Origin: Bacteroidota bacterium
GTDB lineage: Bacteria; Bacteroidota; Ignavibacteria; Kapaibacteriales; UBA961
Length of the DNA: 64,000 nucleotides
NCBI GenBank assembly: GCA_005788035.1
Contig: SXZI01000063.1
Location: 27,220-91,219, forward strand
Reading direction: 5' to 3'
Both the position numbers and the translations under genes were made by a program. Shown piece by piece: positions 59,042 through 64,000 of the stretch (positions are counted from its first letter, which is position 1; each line of letters starts with the position of its first letter). The notes below the pieces were generated by a model. The model had not been told where the DNA came from and did not search any database. It saw nothing but the letters and a program-made list of their open reading frames with translations.

Positions 59042-60219
59042 TATGCGATATCTCCGTTGTCTATTGTTGCTCTACGTGAATGAATAGTTGCTGCTTTTCT
59101 GAACTGTGTGGCAATGATGAGATACAAGCAAGTTAGAACAAATACACCTATTGATGTACCGGCAGCAATTGTCAATCGTTTGGGGCGTGATTTTTTGAAT
59201 GCTGGTTTGGCATAATCCAAAACATACATCATCGGAGCTTCACGTATTTCATCCAATTTTGCTTGTTCCAACATGGGCATGAGAAATGCTTTTACTTTGG
59301 ACATTGCTTCATACTCGGTGTATAATTTCATGTATTTCGCACCAACTTTAAGACCATCTCTTAAAGCGAAGTCACCTGCAAATCCAGGTTTATTCTCTGC
59401 CTTGTATACTTGTTGACGCATTTCACTGAGAAGTTTCTCGCCTGCAATGGTTGAGGGATCTTTATCGCCATAGGTATTTTTCAGAATCTCAACTTGGATT
59501 TCTTGTTTCAAAGCAGATGCTTTTAATGTTGCTAATGCTTGAGAAACAGCTTGGGCTTGATCAAGAGGAGAAAAAACCAAACTCTGGGATGAAAATCTTC
59601 CAAGATCTTGAGCAATGGAATTTAGAATTGAATCTGTTCTCTTGAGACGTAAATCCATATATGCTCTATTTGTTTCAGCTTCAGCTTTTTGAAGGCGTAG
59701 GGAGATATTGTTGGCAATTGTAACAACATCATTGGCCATCTTTGCTGCTTTTTCTTTATCCTTTGAAAGCACCGTTACATTATAATTTCCTTCAGGTGAC
59801 AATTCAACTTCATAATTGGACAAAAATTCTTTGTATAATTCTTCTTTGTCTTCCTTTGGAATTTCATATTCGGCGGGGAGATTATACTTGTTTATAAGCG
59901 TATCCATCAAACTCCGAGAATTCAGCACTACCATATATGAGTAGGATTCGCCTTTGTTCATTTTTCCCAAACCCAAATCTTTCAATGCACTCGATACATT
60001 ACCCATCATTCCACTTATCATAGAATTAGCATTATTTGGGGGAACGAAGGTAACCGTTGAAGCATACCAATTGGGTAAAGTCCATGAAATTCCGTAGGCA
60101 ATTATCCCTGAACAGATAGTCAGAATGATCAAAAGCCATTTTTTTGAGGAAAGAATTCCCAGAAATTCAGCACCATCCAAAGCCAAGGACGTGATATTGC
60201 GTTTGATAGGATCTTGCAT
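59041..60219 (-). CDS. Polysaccharide chain-length determinant protein (Wzz/PCP family, no kinase domain).
   Basis: N-terminal TM after LALDGAEFLGIL. Long periplasmic coiled-coil. C-terminal TM (LTIAAGTSIGVFVLTCLYLIIA). Confidence 0.65.
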   Translation of the reverse strand: MQDPIKRNITSLALDGAEFLGILSSKKWLLIILTICSGIIAYGISWTLPNWYASTVTFVPPNNANSMISGMMGNVSSALKDLGLGKMNKGESYSYMVVLNSRSLMDTLINKYNLPAEYEIPKEDKEELYKEFLSNYEVELSPEGNYNVTVLSKDKEKAAKMANDVVTIANNISLRLQKAEAETNRAYMDLRLKRTDSILNSIAQDLGRFSSQSLVFSPLDQAQAVSQALATLKASALKQEIQVEILKNTYGDKDPSTIAGEKLLSEMRQQVYKAENKPGFAGDFALRDGLKVGAKYMKLYTEYEAMSKVKAFLMPMLEQAKLDEIREAPMMYVLDYAKPAFKKSRPKRLTIAAGTSIGVFVLTCLYLIIATQFRKAATIHSRRATIDNGDIA

Positions 60220-60250
60220 TCAATTCTCTTCTTGGGGTTTACATATTTGG

Positions 60251-60258
60251 CAAATTTA
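60251..60258 (-). promoter_or_regulatory. Candidate -7 element (TAAATTTG on the minus strand) for the wzz-like operon.
   Basis: Plus-strand CAAATTTA lies about 32 nt upstream of the wzz-like ATG. Confidence 0.3.
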
Positions 60259-60387
60259 CAAAAATTGAGCTTATTTTTTCTGTTTTGGATCATATAAAAT
60301 TGATTTCTTTTGTTTGTAACTTCCAATTATATGAGAGCGTTGTAGATTTGTTTTTAACTGATCATCTTCTAAAGGCACCATTTAGGC

Positions 60388-62433
60388 ATGATGGCTAAAT
60401 TACTCCGATTTATCCGTTCTATACCATACTCGTTGTGTTTCAGCATTTCCGGGTATATCTTTATTGCAGCATTCATCATTTCACTGATTGCTTTTTTTGT
60501 TTTTGATGCATGGTATCCTGAAACTGCATTTGCAATGCACGTGTCATGGTTGTTTTTACTTATTGGATTCTACCAAAAAGATAGAGATTGGTTTTCTACA
60601 AACGGTTTCATAAAAGACAGTAAAACTATAATTGAGGATGCAAAGACACTGGCAAGTATACTTTCCATGGCCGGATTATTAAATCTTCTTGGAGTATTCG
60701 ATAATGTGTCATTAGTAAATTCTAATATTTTTACATTGGCGATGGTTATCCTATATGCCGGATATATTCTTCTTTGTTCAGGTTTTGCTCTCTCCTTACT
60801 CTTTCGGTTAATGAAACAAAGACCCCATGCACAGCTGAAACGCATTTCGCTGTACATCTATGTATTAGCGGGAATCATGTTGATTATGCAAATGACTGTG
60901 CCGATAGATGAGCCTATCATAATGCATATCTTAAGTGCTTTCACTGCACTTTTGGCATTTTACAATACTCGGGGTATTTCATGGTTTAAAGGTATTTCAC
61001 GAAAACAGAAAAGAGACTTGGCCTGGTCAATGTTTGTTATTTCCATTTCTATAGTACCGATAGCGATACGTTATAATAGTAATACGATGCAAGCATTGAA
61101 TATCACAACATTCCATGTTGAACCTCTTATTGCAACAATTGGAATGTGGCTTTTGCTCATTGCATCTAGACTAACAATACTTTCTTTATATTCTTTACCT
61201 ACAGCAGGACTATTGGATAGAAAATCATTGGAATTTTCAACGCTTGCTCAATTAACATCTAATGCAATTCATTCGGAAGGAATAGATGCAATCATATCCG
61301 ATACCATGGAGTTATTACCAAAATCTATTCAACTTGAGGGTATGTATTGTAGAATTCATGCGTTCAATGCAGATCATATTCGTTTTTCTGGACGATTAGG
61401 GGCGGAATTGTCATTACTCTTGAATAGTGCATTCTTTGCCGATTGGATTTCATCATTGAATGAACCTGAAACTTTATACGAATTACCTACAACTGCAAAT
61501 CCTCAATCACTATTTTTTTCTCAAAGTATATTGGCAATGCCTTTGAAGAAAAATGGAAACGTATTCGGTGAAATTCTCTTATCTCATACACAATCGTATC
61601 ATTTCACTCCAGAAGATGAAGCAATTTTGCAAGCTTTCGGTGAGAGCATCAATATTGCAACTGAACATATGGCATTGATTTCCATTTCAAAAGAACATGA
61701 TCGTTTGGAAAATGAAATGATCATTGCCAAAAGCGTGCATCAATCACTTTTACCAAAAACAATCATACAACCCTCCGGTTATGCAATAAAATGTTGTTCA
61801 TTATCAGCAAGAGAGGTTGGAGGTGATTTCTACGATGTATTCCGTATGGCAAATGGGAACACTTGTATTATCATAGCCGATGTTTCCGGGAAAGGTATTC
61901 CAGCCGCTTTTTTGATGGCCACACTTCGAGGTACAATTCTCTCTCTTCAGTCATCTAACTTTGGAGCAAAAGAGATACTTACAGAGATACAGCTTAATCT
62001 TTCTTCGATACTCGAACCACATATGTTTATTACGGCATCCTGTTTGATTATTGAAGAATCAAAGGGTACTGCACAATTTGCAAGAGCAGGACATATGCCG
62101 CTGATTCATCTAAAAAGCGGGGTATTGACTGAATATAAACCACAAGGTATAGGAATTGGACTCACTAAAGATATTGATGTTTTTTCCGATCATTTACAGG
62201 AACTCCATTTGCAACTTTCAATAGGTGAAATGTGTTTATTGTTTACTGACGGTTTAACGGAAATGTTGGATATGCAACAAAATTCCGAGCAATTGTTCAA
62301 GATGCATGATCCTGATCCGGAACACATCATAGATTCTGTGATGAGTAGTGTATCTACACTTCCAAATGATGTGATTCGAGATGATATCACCATCATTGCC
62401 ATCAAGAAGACTCAGGATGTTCTTTTTGAATGA
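60388..62433 (+). CDS. Membrane-anchored PP2C-family (SpoIIE/RsbU-like) serine phosphatase with a GAF-like sensor.
   Basis: Seven N-terminal TM helices and a central GAF-like region. C-terminal PP2C motifs GGDFYDVF and IADVSGKGIPAAFLMA. Confidence 0.75.
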   Translation: MMAKLLRFIRSIPYSLCFSISGYIFIAAFIISLIAFFVFDAWYPETAFAMHVSWLFLLIGFYQKDRDWFSTNGFIKDSKTIIEDAKTLASILSMAGLLNLLGVFDNVSLVNSNIFTLAMVILYAGYILLCSGFALSLLFRLMKQRPHAQLKRISLYIYVLAGIMLIMQMTVPIDEPIIMHILSAFTALLAFYNTRGISWFKGISRKQKRDLAWSMFVISISIVPIAIRYNSNTMQALNITTFHVEPLIATIGMWLLLIASRLTILSLYSLPTAGLLDRKSLEFSTLAQLTSNAIHSEGIDAIISDTMELLPKSIQLEGMYCRIHAFNADHIRFSGRLGAELSLLLNSAFFADWISSLNEPETLYELPTTANPQSLFFSQSILAMPLKKNGNVFGEILLSHTQSYHFTPEDEAILQAFGESINIATEHMALISISKEHDRLENEMIIAKSVHQSLLPKTIIQPSGYAIKCCSLSAREVGGDFYDVFRMANGNTCIIIADVSGKGIPAAFLMATLRGTILSLQSSNFGAKEILTEIQLNLSSILEPHMFITASCLIIEESKGTAQFARAGHMPLIHLKSGVLTEYKPQGIGIGLTKDIDVFSDHLQELHLQLSIGEMCLLFTDGLTEMLDMQQNSEQLFKMHDPDPEHIIDSVMSSVSTLPNDVIRDDITIIAIKKTQDVLFE

Positions 62434-62506
62434 TTTTTCACTCAATTTTCGGGAAAATTCGATAAAATTTGCCCATTAACTTGACAATAGACGTGCTATT
62501 TTTCCG

Positions 62507-62514
62507 TATTTTTG
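62507..62514 (+). promoter_or_regulatory. Bacteroidota-type -7 element TATTTTTG upstream of the metalloprotease gene.
   Basis: Lies within CCGTATTTTTGCC, about 50 nt upstream of the ATG at 62566. GGATGG Shine-Dalgarno-like sequence precedes the start. Confidence 0.3.
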
Positions 62515-62565
62515 CCTTGTATGATTGACTTTCTCCGACGACTTAATTCTATTGAAGGATGGATA

Positions 62566-64000
62566 TATGAAAACCACATTTGCCCTACTATGCGGAATGA
62601 TGTTATTCCTGCACAAATATGACTCGCATTCTCAAACTTATGATGCTGACTCATTCATTTCTGCTCCCATGACAAATAAGTTGCCTGCATTGTTAAAGAG
62701 GTCTATGCAGACATTTACTATTGATGCAACTTCTTCTGAAAAAGTATTCGCTTCTTATGCTCAGTCACTCACATTGAATAATTTCCCTGTTTCACTTGAT
62801 ACAAAGAAAACAATTCAACTGAGGGCTGTACCATCATCTATCGATGCAAAAACAATCATAATGATTGGAAATAAGCAAATTTCCATACCACATATCATAA
62901 GTTATGAGGGGTATGTTCAAGGGGATGAAGGTTCTAAAGTATTTATGACCTATGCTTCTGGCGAACTCTATGGCTGGGTTGCTTCATCAACAGGTTCTAC
63001 TATTACATTCCTTCCTGAAACAACGAATTCCTATTCAAAGAAGGATCATATGCTTTACAGTGAATCTGCATTGTCCGTTCAATTGCAATTACCTGCAAAG
63101 CTCTGCGGAACCGATGAGATATCTCATACGGGCATCAAAACATGGGAAGTTGAAGCATCACTAACAAAGGGAGAAAGAAAACTCGATAATCGTTTATTGG
63201 AAATGCAAGTGATCATGGAGACAACAACTTCCTATTTCACAAAGGTTGCTTCCAGAAATGAAACAAGGGCAATGAATCTTCTCATCGCAATGGCCAATGC
63301 GACTAATGCCCTTTATAGAAGAGAATTGAATCTGAACATCGTAATTCCATTTATACAAATTTGGACAGAAGAAACTCCTGATCCTTATACCAAAGATGGC
63401 GGAGACACACCCGCGCTACTACAAGAAGTACAAACAAGATGGGGTAAAATAACAAACAGAACACGTGATATTGTTCATTGTTTGGATGCGATGGGTAGTT
63501 CATCAGCAGGAGCCGGAATCGTAGCCGGAATCGCAAATGGTATTGGAGCATTATGTAATTCTGCGATTTCCAATGCATATTCAGTCACAGGCGTGTCATC
63601 GTTTGCGAATTTACCTGTGACCACTTACATGAAAGATGTTTCTACCATGGCTCATGAACTTGGACACAACATGGGTTCATATCACACACATAATTGTGAT
63701 CAATGGAAGCCTGCAGTTGATTCATGTCTATCAAGTGGAGCGGCATATCAAAACAACATAGCCTATTCAACTGAAACATGTAATACGGGAGCGCCCAAAC
63801 CAGTTCCCGGGTCAATCATGAGCTATTGTGATTTAACTAATTCAACAAAATCCGTTCCTTTTACTTTTTTACCTAGGGTATATACATTCTTGAGAAATAG
63901 ATTGGAAAACAGTAAATGCATCACGGAAGCACAAGAACCTCAAATCAGAGTTATTGGCCCATGGGGAAATCAAACCTTTATTTCCGGAAGAAGTGTACCC
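62566..64000 (+). CDS. Secreted zinc metalloprotease of the metzincin clan (reprolysin/M12B-like), partial; continues beyond the window.
   Basis: Signal peptide MKTTFALLCGMMLF. HELGHNMGSYH matches HExxHxxGxxH. Open reading frame has no stop to the end of the window and is absent from the ORF track for that reason. Confidence 0.65.

Noticed and set aside
1-64000. Mobile elements, integrases, prophage or defence-island signatures.
   Set aside because: No transposase, integrase, recombinase, restriction/modification, toxin-antitoxin or phage structural gene was recognised. There are no long inverted or direct repeats flanking any block. Gene content and compact co-directional operons look like core chromosome.

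Overview
This is a gene-dense, AT-rich (about 36-38% GC by eye) bacterial chromosomal window with almost no non-coding space. It looks like an FCB-superphylum organism (Bacteroidota/Ignavibacteriota-like). Three lines of evidence support that: three large secreted proteins end in type-A T9SS C-terminal sorting domains, there is a PorQ/PorV-like outer-membrane protein, and several promoters carry the Bacteroidota-type -7 element TAnnTTTG (recurring as CGTATTTTTGC), often with no Shine-Dalgarno sequence. Most genes are housekeeping core functions (full list in features): one long operon 6911-12878 (isoprenoid, CoA-ester, cell-wall and amino-acid genes), a tRNA/rRNA-modification operon tmk..mtaB on the minus strand, and a replication/partition/translation block (recR, ileS, argS, parAB, def, rsfS). 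I found no rRNA, tRNA, CRISPR array or transposase/integrase. The items that stand out are: (1) a histone-H1/AlgP-like protein made of about 13 perfect AAKKAAKP repeats (24-bp DNA tandem repeats), lying between ileS and a DksA/TraR-family gene; (2) that DksA/TraR gene itself, which carries a roughly 250-aa Lys/Ala/Ser/Pro-rich H1-like N-terminal extension and a degenerate Zn finger, in a conserved ileS-dksA-lspA context; (3) an orphan, monocistronic nuoD with its own strong terminator; (4) a tightly coupled trmB-aat-duplicated-domain protein-RGG/SFG low-complexity membrane protein cluster; (5) three T9SS cargo proteins, including a 1349-aa protein with about 10 tandem Cys-containing Ig-like repeats; (6) a Wzz-unknown-Wzx cluster joined to PBP2; (7) a membrane GAF-PP2C phosphatase next to a secreted metzincin. 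Gene starts were refined where the ORF-track start fell inside a terminator or ahead of an obvious signal peptide.
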